A stretch of 64,000 nt of DNA from Octopus vulgaris (GCA_951406725.2 OX597835.1:36704001-36768000), one strand, 5' to 3'. Positions 13,991-28,365 are shown, counted from the stretch's first letter. The notes: a model not told the origin generated them from the letters alone. Numbers and translations are program-made.

Positions 13991-14781
13991 CATTATCATC
14001 ATCATTACTTGTGTGGGTGAGAGGTATTTGGAACAGCACCCTACAGCTTTTTCTTACACTCTGTTGCCCTAACATTAATGTGACCCCTCCACCTCCTCAT
14101 GTTGCTGCTGCTGCTGTTGTTACTACTAATACTACTACTACCACCACCATCAACAAACAACAACAACAATAATGATAACCGCCACTACAACAATAGCAAC
14201 AGTGATAATAGCCAATAATAATAGTAATAGCAACAAAAATAAAATAACAAGAACAACATCATTAAAAACCACAACATCAACAACAAAAATAATTATAGCT
14301 GCAAATTAGAGAATTTTCGTAATAAGAATGCATATAAATTCTTTAAAAAAAAGAAATTAATTGATGTGGACTGTATGCAAATAGAGAAATTAAGTATATG
14401 GGTAGGGAAGCTGTTTGCGGGTGGAGAAAAAATTGAAAAAGGAAAAACGAACATTATATGCAAATTAAATGAAAATTATATACTGCACTGTATGCCAAGA
14501 ACAAAATAATTAGCATAAACACATTAGTTGTCCCAGGAATTTATTTCAGATTTAATGTAACCAATTAGAAATTAAGTGACCCTTAAATTGTAAAGAGTGG
14601 GAAATAATGGGAACTATTTAAGTTTACTGTATGAGGCTGTGTGGTTAAGAAGCTTTTTCTGCAAACCATATGGTTTGGGGTTCAGTCCTGTTGCTGGGTG
14701 ACATCTTTTTTATTATAACTCCAGGGCTGACCAATGCCTTGTGAGTGGATTTAGTAAATGGGAAATGTGGAGAAAAAGCGT

Positions 14782-14849
<68 letters not shown>

Positions 14850-15470
14850 ATTGGCATCATCATTACCATCATTTAATGTCCCTTTTTACGTGCTGGCATG
14901 AAGGCACATGGCTCAGTAGTTAGAGAGTTGGGTTCACAGTCATGACATAGTGAGTTCAATTCCTGGACTAGGCTGTTTGTTGTGTTCTTCAGCAAGACAC
15001 TTTATTTCATGCTGTTCCACTTCACTTAACTGCAGGAATGAGTCGTGATGTCACTAGTACCAAGCTGTATCAGCTTTTGCCATTCCCTTGGATAACATCA
15101 GTGGCATGGAGAGAAGAGGCTGGTATGCTTGGGTGACTGCTGGTTTCCACATCAACATTGCCCAGACATGTGCCTGATAGGAACTTTCTAGGTGCAATCT
15201 CATGGCCATTCATATCTGAAGTGGGTTTTTACCCTTTATGTATGTATGTATGTATGTATGTATGTATGTATGTATGTATATATGTATGTGTATTGTTGTA
15301 TTTCAGGATGGCCATTTTATTTATTATTTTATTATTTTAACGCTTGTCCATTGTCCAGAAATCTTTCACCACACATCTGTGGCCTCTTCAGTAACACTTC
15401 ATTTCTCTGTGTGTGTTCTTGCTCCACATACACCATCTACATATATACATACATACATACATATATATAT

Positions 15471-15651
15471 ATACTTTATTTAAAAGCAGCAGAAATTCAA
15501 CAAAACCTGTTACTTGGAGTTTCACATTCCCATTCGTTGGACAGTTTTGTTTTTAAAATTTCTGCTGCTTTTAAATAAAGCATATTACTCTACCCCTGGT
15601 ATTTGAGTACTCTTTTTTCCACCATGTTTCACATTTATGTGTTTACTCCGG
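15471..15651. mobile_element. Short fold-back PLE-type terminal fragment, same family as 52769-53938, with degenerate hammerhead at 15507-15544 (-)
   Basis: ctttatttaaaagcagcagaaatt / aatttctgctgcttttaaataaag inverted pair; minus strand ctgt CCAACGA atgggaatgt GAAA ctccaa GTA acag; flanked by (TA)n. Confidence 0.65.
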
Positions 15652-15947
15652 TATATATATATATATATATACCCGCCATGGTGCCACATAAAATGCACTC
15701 ATGCTAGTGCTGCATTAGTGCACCCATGCAAGTGGTGCGTAAAAAGCACTCAGCACTTTCTGTAAAGTGACTGGTGTTAGGAAGGGCATCCAGTCATAGA
15801 AAACATGCCACAACCGACAACTGGAGTGTGGACAGTTCCCTGGTTGACCAGCTCTTGTCAAACTGTCCAATCCATGCCATTATGGAAAACGGGTGTTAGA
15901 TGATGTTAAGTGATGATGATGATACAAATATATATATATGTATATAT

Positions 15948-16775
15948 ATCATCATCATCATCATCATCATCATCATTTAACGTCCGCTTTCCATGCTAGC
16001 ATGGGTTGGACGGTTCAACTGGGGTCTGGGGAGCCCGAAAGCTGCACCAGTCCAGTCAGATCTGGCAGTGTTTCTACAGCTGGATGCCCTTCCTAACGCC
16101 AACCACTCCGAGAGTGTAGTGGGTGATTTTATGTGCCACCGACACAGGTGCCAGACGAGGCTGGCAAACGGCCACGCTCGGATGGTGTTTTTTATGTGCC
16201 ACCGACACAGGTGCCAGACGAGGCTGGCAGACGGCCACGCTCGGATGGTGCTTTTATGTGCCACCGACACAGGTGCCAGATGAGGCTGGCAAACGGCCAC
16301 GATCGGATGGTGTTTGTTACGTGCCCACAGCACGGAGGCCAGTCGATGCGGTACTGGCTACGGCCACGTTCGGATGGTTTTCTTGTGTGCCACGTGCCAC
16401 CGGCACTGGTACCACAAAGATACAAATTCCATTGATGTTCATCTATTTTGATTTGTTTTGATTTTCACTTGCCTCAACAGGTCTTCACAAGTGTCACAAG
16501 AAGGAAGGTATGCACAGGTGGACTGACTACGTCCCAGGTAGGGGCCACAGGTTATGGCCTGACTAGTCTTGCCGGGTCTTCGGATGGTGTTTTTATGTGC
16601 CACCGACACAGGTGCCAGATGAGGCTGGCGAACGGCCATGATCGGATGGTGTTTGTTACGTGCCCACAGCACGGAGGCCAGTCGGTGCGGTACTGGCTAC
16701 GGCCACGTTCGGATGGTTTTCTTGTGTGCCACCGGCACTGGTACCACAAAGATACAATTCCATTAATGTTCATCT
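15948..16775 (-). mobile_element. SINE-like family C with ~61-bp tandem units and a ~200-bp internal duplication
   Basis: Unit ttttatgtgccaccgacacaggtgccagacgaggctggcaaacggccacgctcggatggtg x3; 16240-16445 repeated at 16580-16775. Confidence 0.85.
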
Positions 16776-16776
16776 A

Positions 16777-16809
<33 letters not shown>

Positions 16810-16850
16810 GTATCGGTAAATATAATATGTGACAATTATTCGATAGCCAT

Positions 16851-16911
16851 GATGAAACTCTGAGTTTCGAATGTCAGGGTGGAAACCCATGCCAGCATCT
16901 CTTCAGTTATC
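16851..16911 (-). ncRNA. Type I hammerhead ribozyme motif
   Basis: gataa CTGAAGA gatgctggcatgggtttccaccctgacattc GAAA ctcagag T T tcatc; stem I 4 of 5 bp; near-palindromic stem III; degenerate inverted copy at ~16932-16986. Confidence 0.65.
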
Positions 16912-17112
16912 CAATCATTGAAAAAATGCTATGAAGAGATGGCAGCATGGTTTTCTGCCCCAACATCTGAAACTCGGCATTTTATCATGGCTACTGAATA
17001 ATTGTCGCATATCATATTTACAGAGAAATTCCTCCATTTACAAAATATCGAAGTCTCTTTCATTCTTTTGCTGTCTTACCATTTCTATCAATATATATAT
17101 ATATATATATAT

Positions 17113-17590
17113 ACAGGGTGTGTAAGGTATTTGAGGACATACTGTTTGGGGGTCATTGGCAGACCCTCAGCTTACTCAAGAAATGACGAGGCAAGCTGCT
17201 ATTGTGGTTATAAAGGCTGATCATAGTGATTTAGAAATATCTTGATTTTTAAAAGTTGCCAGGTCTTTCATCCACAAAGTTTGTAGGAGCTAAAGACTGA
17301 AGATGGAAACATTATCACTAGTATCAAAGCATAAAAAGCATTCTAAATTCTCTGAAATCATCAGAACACCTGAATTTATCAAAAAGTTCAACAGACCATT
17401 GATTACAATCCCAGAACATCCATGAGGTCAATTGCAGAAGGACCAGTCAGAAACGTTGTCCAAGAAGGTATCAGATATAAGTCTTATGTGATGAGGAAAG
17501 GTCAGTTTGTCAGAAAAATCAGAAGAAAATCACTACCTCAGATCTAAAAGGCTCTTAAACAAACTGAAACATCCAGCAGAAGAAGATTTC
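17113..17590 (+). pseudogene. Tc1/mariner-superfamily transposase N-terminal remnant
   Basis: Starts TA|cagggtgt; decayed frames read HSDLEIS*FLKVARSFIHKV, IIRTPEFIKK, RTSMRSIA, IRYKSYVMRKGQF, RSKRLLNKLKHP. Confidence 0.7.
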
Positions 17591-18799
17591 TTCAAGCAGG
17601 CTGTTCCATCGATCAAACCAACTGGAAAACTCATAACTGTCAGAATGCCAAATAAAAGAGATATACAGCTACTCTACATTATACAGAGGTGGGTGGGCAT
17701 CACTGGAAAGAAGATAGAGATGGTGATAATTATATATGAGAGCATCTCAAGGTATGGCAGGCTGATGTGAGGAAGAATAATTGACAGTTACAAAAGTGGG
17801 GTATTTTTTTGTGAGTGAGTATATATATATATTCTTTCACAGACTCACATATGTATATGAGAAAATGGGTTCCCATTAATGTAAATCCATGCAATTAAAG
17901 ATAATTTGTATAATTATTGGCTTGTTTAAACCCTATTTATATCTTTTCCGATATCATTAATGATTTTCTTAGATTCCAGTCCCTACTTTTAATTTTGTAA
18001 ATAGAATTACAAGCTTTCAACATAAATTGATTATAGAAAATTATCTAATATTCTTTCCTTCTCTAGGCAGAAGGCCTGAAATTTTAGGGGAGGGTGCCAG
18101 TCGATTAGATCGACCCCACTATGCAACTGGTACTTAATTTATCGACCCTGAAAGGATGAAAGGCAAAGTCGACTTTGACAGAATTTGAACTCAAAACGTA
18201 AAGACAGATGAAATAACTGCTAAGCATTTCGCCCAGCGTGCTAATGTTTCTGCTGGCTTGCCACATTGAAAATAGTCTAATATATGATCTAATATCAAGC
18301 TGTTTTCTAGTGTCAGTATACAGTGAAAGCTTATAAATCTATTTGCAAAATTTCACTCACATCCTAATTCACACAGAATTCGCACCTGCCTAGTTTTAAT
18401 ATTTTAAATCAGTATAAAGGTAGGGAGCTATTAGAATCATTAGCAGCATTTTATCTGTCTTTACATTTTGAGTTCAAATTTCATTATGGTCAGCTTTGCT
18501 TTTCATCCTTCCAGGGTCGATGAAATAAGTACCAGTCACACACTGGGGTCAATGACTTACCCACTTCCCCAAACTTGCTGGCCTTGGGTGAAAATTAGAA
18601 ACTAATATTTTAAATCAATATATAAGCTTTGATAAATGTAGGTATGTGTGTGTGTATGTGTACATGTGTGAGTATGTGAGCATGTGTATATGCACTTGGG
18701 GATGGAGATATATGTGTGTGTATGTGTGTCTACTTATATCTTTATGTATGCTTATGGATGAACATACATATGCATGTATATACATGTGTGTGTGTGTGT

Positions 18800-18886
<87 letters not shown>

Positions 18887-18924
18887 ATCGAAACTAACTA
18901 TGACTTAACTTTTCCTCTCACACC

Positions 18925-18979
18925 GTCTCTGATGAGGGGATCTTATTATTAATTAATATTCTAGAAACAGCTGTAAGAC
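18925..18979 (+). ncRNA. Type I hammerhead ribozyme motif
   Basis: gtct CTGATGA ggggatcttattattaattaatattcta GAAA cagctg T A agac; stem I gtct/agac, stem III palindrome ACAGCTGT; insert flanked by (TA)n. Confidence 0.8.
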
Positions 18980-19191
18980 CTTTTATCTGTAAAAGCTCTA
19001 CACAGCCTTGGTTTTTTTTATCTCATTACGCAAAAAATTCATATATTTATACATACATATATATATTTATATAAGTATACATATGTATATATATGTATAT
19101 ATATATGTAAATATATAATATATATATATATATGTTTGTGTGTGTGTGTGTGTGTGTATGTGTGTGTATAATATATATATATACATATATA

Positions 19192-19311
19192 CTAGGTTGA
19201 GGAAAAAGTTTGTGTGCCATGTTAAAATAATGAACTGAATGAAAACACACACCACAAAAATATATAAAAACATTAACTTAACATGGTGCACAAACCTTTT
19301 CCTCAACCTAA
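19192..19311. mobile_element. 120-bp mariner-type MITE
   Basis: ~33-bp TIRs taggttgaggaaaaagtttgtgtgccatgttaa / ttaacatggtgcacaaaccttttcctcaaccta, flanked by TA. Confidence 0.8.
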
Positions 19312-19644
19312 TATATAGATATGTATGTATATGTGTGTATGAGTATATATAGGGTTTAGACCTGCTTCAATCATGAATGAACTGGAGTAACGTGAAATAA
19401 AGTGTCTTGTTCAAGAACACAACACAGCCAAGTCTGGGAATCAAACTCACTACCTCATGATTATGAGCCTGATCGTCTAACCAATGAGCCATGTGCCTTC
19501 ACTACACATATATGTATATATTGATATATATATATATATAAATTTATAAGTAAGGATAATATCGATATTTAAATATCGATATTATCAATACCAGCATGGG
19601 AATAAATACCATACAAAGGTAATAATTTTTTACAACTATATATA

Positions 19645-20047
19645 CTCTTTACTCTTTTACTCTTTTACTTGTTTCAGTCATTTGACTGCGGCCATGCTGG
19701 AGTATCGCCTTTAGTCGAGCAAATCGACCCCAGGACTTATTCTTTGTAAGCCCAGTACTTATTCTATCGGTCTCTTTTGCCGAACCGCTAAGTGACGGGG
19801 ACGTAAACACACCAGCATCGGTTGTCAAGCAATGCTAGGGGGACAAACACAGACACACAAACATACACACATATATATATATATACATATATACGACAGG
19901 CTTCTTTCAGTTTCTGTCTACCAAATCTACTCACAAGGCATTGGTCGGCCCGGGGCTATAGCAGAAGACACTTGCCCAAGATGCCACGCAGTGGTTCTGA
20001 ACCCGGAACCATGTGGTTAGTTAGCAAGCTACTTACCACACAACCAC
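19645..20047 (-). mobile_element. SINE family A
   Basis: (ctctttta)x3 tail, body and B-box as other copies. Confidence 0.9.
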
Positions 20048-20869
20048 TATATATATATATCATCATCATCGCTTAACATCTGCTTTCCATGCTGGCCTGG
20101 TTTGGACCGTTCAAATGAGTGCTGGCAAGCTGCACCAGGCTCCAATCTGATCTGGTAAAGCTTCTACAGCTGGATGCCTTCCTAATGTCAACCACTCCAA
20201 GAGTGGGTGCTTTTTATGTGCCACCGGCACAAGGGCCAGTCGGGTGGTACTGGCATTGAACATGCTCGAATGGAGCTTTTTACGTGCCACTGGCATGGGT
20301 GCTAGTCTGGCGGTACAGACATCAGCCATGACAATGATTTCACTTGATTCTACAGTTCTTCTCAAGCACAGTTTATTGCCCAATAATTGAATGGTACTCT
20401 TAAATGGGCCAGTTACACACACACACACGCATGCACACACATGCACACACACACACATACACGCACACACACACTCATATATAAGCATATGATATATGTA
20501 TGCATGTGTGTATTTGTACTGTATGCATGTACATTTATCTTCAATGCATATTTATATTTTTAACTCTTCAAATTTTATCTACCCCTGCACCACCAGCCCA
20601 CCTACATGTCCCCACTTTGTTTAATGGGAAGATTTTGATATTTATTGATTATCAAAGTGTCATCAATAATTATTTTTGATTGAACAGTCAGGGGAAAATT
20701 GTAATTCATCATTATATAATTAATGAATTCATGAATTTTAAATTTGTTTGTTAAGTGCCATGCACAAAACTCTTAGCCCTAGAGTCACTCTTACAAATTA
20801 TTAATCAAGTAATATATATAAATAAAACTTACTTGGAAGAAGATGACGTGTGGCGTTTGATCATATAAT

Positions 20870-21155
20870 TACAATTTAATAAATAAAGCATATACATACA
20901 TACATACATATATGTACATACTTACATCTATACGTATATATACATGCATATATGAGTACAGGACACCACAAACAAACGTAGAACACAACGAGAAACGAAA
21001 GTTCATTTCCTTGTTTGATTTTATGTTTTCGTTTCTCGTTGTGTTCTACGTTTGTTTGTGGTGTCCTGTACTCATATATGCATGTATATATACGTATAGA
21101 TGTAGGTATGTACATATATGTATGTATATGTGCTTATGTTTTATTTATTAATTTG

Positions 21156-21156
<1 letters not shown>
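20870..21156. repeat. Inverted repeat, ~130-bp arms, ~26-bp spacer
   Basis: gagtacaggacaccacaaacaaacgtagaacacaacgagaaacgaaa is perfectly mirrored at 21027-21073. Confidence 0.9.
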
Positions 21157-21187
<31 letters not shown>

Positions 21188-21523
21188 GTGTGTGTGTGAA
21201 GGTGCATGGTTCAATGGTTAGAGTGTGTAGCTCATATTCATGAGATAGTGAGTTCGATTCCTAGACCAGGCTGTGTGTCGCATTCAGTCTGGTATCATCT
21301 GCACAGTTCAAAGTTAAGTGAATAAATGAATAAAAAGCAAATAAGTAACAATGATGTCCAGGTATAAGTGCATTACGGCCATTTCAAGCGGTTCCACATA
21401 CTTTTACATACATATACATATTTATGTATATGTATGTATATGTAAAACTGGCCGGGGTGCCAGTTGTGTGACACCAGAATCTGCCATGAAGGAGTATCTG
21501 CCACACATATGTATTTGTATATA

Positions 21524-21566
<43 letters not shown>

Positions 21567-21589
21567 ATGTATATATATATATATATATA

Positions 21590-21640
<51 letters not shown>

Positions 21641-22394
21641 TTATATATCTATCTATCTATCTATCTATATATATATATGTGTGGAAAAAAAGTCAAGATA
21701 GAAAATGCTAAAATAATTTTATAAAAAACATTTCAGTATCGGTTTCAGTCATTGGGAAATATTTTTTATAAAATTATTTTAGCATTTTCTATCTTGACTT
21801 TATTTTCATATATATCAACTCGTGTGTTCCTTTTCATCAATATACATACATACACATATATATATATATATATATATTCTGTTTCTGTTTTCCAGTTTCA
21901 GCTCTTGAGCTGTGGCCATGCTGGGGCACCGCCATATATATATATCTTTGAAATAATATGTGACAATTATTCATTAGCCAAGATAAAACTCTTTCCACCT
22001 CGGCATCTGAAACTGGCTATTGAATAATTTTCACATATTATTTTTACAGATAAATTTCCTCTATTTACATAATATTGAGGTCTCTTTCTTTCTTTTGTTA
22101 TCTTACCGTTTTTACCAATATATATATATATATTGCCAGATCAGACTGGGCCTGGTGCAGCCTTCTGGCTTCCCAGACCCCAGTTGCACCATCCAACCGA
22201 TGCCAGCATGGAAAGCGGACGCTAAACGATGATGATGATGATATATATATATAATGCAATAATTATTATGAAGCATTGTGTAGAATATATTGTATAAAAG
22301 ATCACAAGTAAGACCATTTATGTAATCCACGTATTTGTTTTCTTGTGATTTACCTTGCATTTACTTTGTTTTGGCCTTACCCACAATCTTTGAT

Positions 22395-22430
<36 letters not shown>

Positions 22431-22769
22431 GAAAAAAGCACCATCTGTACGTGGCCGATGCCAGCACTGCCTTGACTGGCTTCCATGTCGGTGGCACGTC
22501 AAAACCACCAACCAATCGTGGCCGTTGCCAGCCTCCCCTGGTACCTGTGCCGGTGGCACGTAAAATGCACCAACTACACTCACAGAGTGGTTGGCATTAG
22601 GAAGGGCATCCAGCTGTAGAAACACTGCCAGACCAGACTGGAGCCTGGTGCAGCCTCCTGGCTTTGCAGACCCCAGTTGAACTGTCCAACCCATGCTAGC
22701 ATGGAAAACGGACATTAAACGATGATGATGATGATGATGATATATATATATATATATATATATCATTTT

Positions 22770-24041
22770 ATTTATTAGGGAATAAAAATTCCAGCATCAC
22801 AGGGATTCAAATTATTCTCAATGAGGAAATATATAAGTTATTTTGTCAACTACACAGTATAGTAGGGTCAGTTGGGTGCCATTTATGAGAAAAACAACAC
22901 CATGTTGCAATTCACTCTGCCAGAAATTTGGAAATGACATGTTGTACTGCTTGGCATTCACACGGGAAGCTCCTATGTGAAGCACTGGAAGCTCCAATAC
23001 AAACATGTACCAATGCAAACATATACGAAGAGTGATAAAAATCAGACATCCTGTCAACATCATGGTGTTTGGAGTGATCACTAGTGAAGGCGCTTTTATG
23101 CCTCTGTTCATCTTCCCATACAGCCTCCAACTCGATACAGAGGACTACATCATGTGCCTGGAGGAGGTATCTGGGTTAAGAGGGTGGTTGCTAGAAGGCC
23201 CTATGTCTGGCAACAGGACTTTGCACCATGTCACACAAGCAAGAGAACCCAGTCATGGCTGTCAGCAACTTCTGCAACCACATCACCCCTAACATCTGGC
23301 TACCTAACTCCCCAGTCTACAACCCCCTTGATTATTATGTGTGGGGTGCTGTTGAGCAAGAGACCAACAAAACACCTTGAAACACCAAAGATGAAATGAA
23401 GGTAAGGATTATGGCAGCACTGACCAAATTAAACAAGGAGACCGTCAAGAAGAGTTGCAGGAGATTCTGAAGACGCCTGGAGGCCATGGTTGAAGTCAAT
23501 ACTCTTTCACTCTTTCACTCTTTTACTTGTTTCAGTCATTTGACTGTGGCCATGCTGGAGCACCGCCTTTAATCGAGCAAATCGACCCCAGGACTTATTC
23601 TTTGTAAGCCTAGTACTTATTCTATTGGTCTCTTTTGCCAAACCGCTAAGTTACGGGGACATAAACACACCAACATTGGTTGTCAAGCGATGTTGGGGGG
23701 ACAAATACAGACACACAAACATATTCACACATACATACATATATATATATATACATATATATGATGGGCTTCTTTCAGATTCCGTCTGCCAAATCCACTC
23801 ACAAGGCTTTGGTTGGCCTGAGGCTACAGTAGAAGACACTTGCCCAAGGTGCCATGCAGTGGGACTGAACCTGGATCCATATGGTTGGTAAGCAAGCTAC
23901 TTACCATATAGCCACTCCTACGCCAATGGTGATTTTATTGAAAAAATTTACTCTTTATTATTTCAAGATATTTTTATGTAATTTTGGTAAATATATCTGT
24001 TAAAATGAGATGTCAGTGTTATTTTCATTTTTGCAATCTGT
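22770..24041 (+). pseudogene. Tc1/mariner (maT/DD37D-like) transposon remnant split by a family A SINE
   Basis: MVFGVITSEG...RPYVWQQDFAPCHTS...PNIWLPNSPVYNPLDYYVWG...RRLEAMVEVN, resuming as GDFIE after the SINE; 3' part matches 46553-46775 reversed. Confidence 0.85.
23505..23922 (-). mobile_element. SINE family A inserted in the transposase
   Basis: Full family A sequence; caat on both sides. Confidence 0.88.
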
Positions 24042-24051
24042 ATATGTGTAT

Positions 24052-24101
<50 letters not shown>

Positions 24102-24619
24102 ATATGTGTGTCTGCGTGCATGTGTGTGAGTGTGTGTATTATTTATATGCAATACACAGCAACTCCAGCTGCTAACTGTGAACTATAAAAAAATAAATAA
24201 ATTCGCCTGTTTAAAGCCTATCAGGCTCATGGGCCCAGTTTCCCAGTTTCTATGGCGTATGTGTTCCCCAGCGGAACAGGACACCAGTCCATCGCAGCGT
24301 TACTCATTTTTGCCAGCTGAGTGGACTGGGGCAACGTGAAATGAAGTGTTTTGCTCAAGAAAACAACGCGCCGCCCGGTCCAGGAATCGAAACTACAATC
24401 TTACGATTATGATGCTGACACCCTAACCACTAAGCCACACGTCTCCACAACTGTGAACTATAAAATATCCTTTATCAGCTTATCAAATTCTAATATGGGA
24501 AAAATCCACAACCTTCTATAAACCACTGTAGTTCCTGAAAATTATTTTTCAACCTTGAAATTTAGCTGCTATTTCTAGAAGTCTGACTGGCCTCATAGAC
24601 ACTTCCTCATTGATTTGAG

Positions 24620-24736
24620 AGATATGATGATGATGCTGATATAAAATTGATGATTATTGCTAATGATAATGACGATTACGATGATCACAGTGATAATAAC
24701 GATGATGTTGATATTGTAATAACGATTCATGGTAAA

Positions 24737-24776
<40 letters not shown>

Positions 24777-25080
24777 GTGAAGGTGATGGTGATGGTAATG
24801 GTGAAATGATGATGATGATGATGATGATGATTATGATGATGATGATGATGGTGAAGGTGATGGTGATGGTAATGGGGGGGTAATGGTGGTGGTAGTGGCA
24901 GTGATGATGGTGATGACAATGAGGATGATGATGACGACGACGACGATGTTGATAAAGATGTTCATGATGATGATGATGATAATGATGGTGATGGTGACAA
25001 TGACAATGACAATGATGGTGGTGATGATGATGATGATGGTGATAATGACGATAATGATGACAATGATGAAGTTAACGATG
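24620..25080. repeat. Degenerate (GAT)n array
   Basis: Directly visible. Confidence 0.95.
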
Positions 25081-26009
25081 ATACGAGCTAAAACAATAAT
25101 GTTTACTGGCAAAACTAAAAACTGTCAAGTGTTTTATTTATTAATAAAAAACATCGTCATCATTACCGAAATCAACAATAGCAATAATAATTAAAATTAT
25201 GCCAGCAGCACCACCACCACCACCATCACCACAACCATTAATCACCACCAACACCACCACCACCAACAACAACGATCAGTTAACGATAGTTTATCCATTG
25301 TTGAAAGCAAAACGTAAAACAAAACAAATCAAAAAATATATATTATAAACATAAAACAATAACAATTTCAATAAGATTATTTTTCACTGTAATTTTAATT
25401 CATTTTATAACAAAACAACAACAATACCCATAGCATTAACAACAACCACATTAACATGAGAAAGCATACATAATCTTAGAAGAAAGATAGAAAAGCATTA
25501 TCTATTAGATTAGAATGGTGATAATTATATTGAACACCCACTCTAGCTCTTGGGTATAAATGAATGGCATGAGTATGTATGTAAGAGTGCATGTACTCTA
25601 ATGATTACATGATGATAATAACGAGAGCACAAACCTCCACTGAAACAATACCGACATCCTCTCGACAATTAGCCAGAGATGATTTTTAAAATGAGAATAT
25701 CTTAAATAAATTCGACTGCTCTCACAATGGAGAATGCTACAAAATGAACCCAACCGCTTTGAAAAATTAAGTAAAACAAACGGAAAAATATTTCGTTTTT
25801 GGATTTGGTTTGCAAGATTCTTTATATGAGTTCGTGTGTTGAAGCATATTCTGTTGTGTCTGGGGAGAGTCATTTCAATAGTCAAGACTATTGAAAAGGT
25901 TGCAAGATGCAACGAAGGTTTTAGGAAAATAAAAAAGAAATAAGTGGAAATTTTACCGGTGAGTGTGTTAAATAATAAGGCACTAAAAGAGAATGACTCT
26001 CCCCAGACA

Positions 26010-26210
26010 CAACAGAAAATGGAAAAATAATCCTTGTCCAGTACTTGATCAATCTGAAAATCTAATCCTTCTATGCCAGTCAAGAGGATGAACATCCCTG
26101 AAAGTTTCATTTGAATCCATCCAATGGTTCCTGAGAGATCTTGTCCATGGACAAACAAACAAACAAATGTGACTGAAAACAATACCACTACCTTCGCTAA
26201 GGTGGAGTTA
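26010..26210 (+). mobile_element. Helentron-associated (DINE-1/HINE-like) non-autonomous element
   Basis: aaagtttcatttgaatccatcc core, (caaa)n microsatellite, terminal stem-loop accttcgctaaggt. Confidence 0.5.
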
Positions 26211-26614
26211 ATAATAATAATACTTTCTACTGGAAGCACAAGGCCTCAAATCTGGGGGATTACATCAACCTCAGTGCATAACTGGTACTTATTTAATCAA
26301 CCGCGAAAAGATGAAAGGCAAAGTTGACCTCAGCAGAATTTGAACTCAGAACGTAGTGACAGACAAAATACCTATTTCTTTACTACCCACAAGCGGCTAA
26401 ACACAGAAAGGACAAACAAGGACAGACAAACGGATTAAGTCAATTATATCGACCCAAGTGCATAACTGGTACTTATTTAATCGACTGCAAAAAGATGAAA
26501 GGCAAAGTTGACCTCAGCAGAATTTGAACTCAGAACGTAGTGACAGACAAAATACCGCTAAGCATTTCACCCAGCATGCTAATGATTCTGCCAGCTTGCT
26601 GCCTTAGTAATAAT

Positions 26615-26823
26615 ACCACCCAATCTGAAAAAACATCTGAAAACCTTAGAAATAACCTACAATCTAGATGTATTGCAAACGTCAGCACTACTTGGAACTG
26701 AACGCATATTGTTAAGTACTGTGTGTCTGAGGTCCTTGTTGTGACTTGACAAACAGTACAAACCCCCGGTACATACAATGTCTTCAATCAACAACCTCAT
26801 GATATTGTAGACTGTGCGATATC

Positions 26824-26859
<36 letters not shown>

Positions 26860-27079
26860 TAATAATAATAATAATAATAATGATAATAATAATAATAATA
26901 AACATAATTCTCGTATGTTTTTTTTTTTTAGACATTCACTAGTACAACACTAAATACAAAACCAAATATATGGCACACTAGGCATAACAACAACACGAAC
27001 TTCCAACCTGTTGTCTCTTGAGGTCTCTGGGTGAGACTTGGAGCCAACTTGTACAAATATAAAGCAAAAGTCAAACATA

Positions 27080-27082
<3 letters not shown>
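26615..27082 (+). mobile_element. Two R4/Dong-like 3' fragments each ending in (AAT)n
   Basis: KHLKTLEITYNLDVLQTSALLGTERIL; both carry the 3'UTR motif tgaggtc...gtga..cttg; embedded in (TAA)n. Confidence 0.65.
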
Positions 27083-27145
<63 letters not shown>

Positions 27146-27373
27146 TAATAATGATAATAATCCTTTCTACAGAAGGCACAAGGCCCTGAAATTTTGAGGG
27201 AGGGGACTAGTTGATTACATTGGCCCTAGTGCTTCACTGTTACTTAATTTATCAACAACGCAAGGATGAAAGGCAAAGTCAACCTCGGTGGAATTTGAAC
27301 TCAGAATGTAAAGACAGACAAAATACCACTAAGCATTTTGTCCAACATGCAAACAATTCTGCCAGCCACCACC

Positions 27374-27431
<58 letters not shown>

Positions 27432-27432
27432 T

Positions 27433-27471
<39 letters not shown>

Positions 27472-28104
27472 AATAATAATAATAATAATGATAATAATGA
27501 TAATCACCATCGTCATCATCATTTGAAGTCTGTTTTCCATGCTGGCATGAGTTGGTCAGTTTGACATCATGCTGGCCGGCCGGGGAGCTGTCCAGACCCC
27601 AGTTGTCTATTGTGGCATGGTTGTTCTTCCTGACACTATTATTATAATTATTATGGTTGGCGTTAGGAAGGGCATCAAGCTGCCAAATCAGACTGGAGCT
27701 TGGTGCAGCCTCCTGGCTTCCCAGACCACGGTTGAACCGTCCAACCCATGCTAGCATGGAAAGCAGACATTCAACGACGACGACGATGATGATGATGATT
27801 CTAATGTCTTTTCTTTTTTTTGTTTTTTTGCAGATTACTTTATACGGTAGAGGTTAAATCATATCAATTCAACTTTTTTTAAAAATGAATTTATATCAGA
27901 CCCACATCAGGCAATGCATTGCATATGAATTAAAAAAGGGACTCTTTAGCAACAGAAGGGACAAGAAATATTTGTTCTGTCCATGGAAATGAAACTTTAT
28001 ATGTCTAGAAACTGGTGAATGGCTGATGATCAGAAGAGCATCAAACTATTGAAAATTTGCCTCAACGAATTTCATCTAACCCATGCAGGCATGGAAAAGT
28101 AGAT

Positions 28105-28365
28105 GTTAAACTGGTGACAATAATGATGGTGAAGATGGGGATGATGATGATGATGACGATGATTGCTATAATGATGATGTTATATAAACATTAACCACGG
28201 TTTTAGTTGGCACCTGAGATAGATGAAGGAGGCGTAGGAAATGGAAAAAAATTATAAATTTATCAATAATTGTTTTTCCACTTGTCTTAACTTTATTGTC
28301 GCAGTGTAGTGAGGTGTTGTTATTACATTAATGCAGACTGAAAGCAGGATATTTGATGTCTTAGA

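Noticed and set aside
25598-26239. 213-aa minus-strand ORF of ordinary complexity
   Set aside because: It spans three unrelated repeats (Helentron-like, hammerhead family, SINE edge) and has no recognisable motifs.
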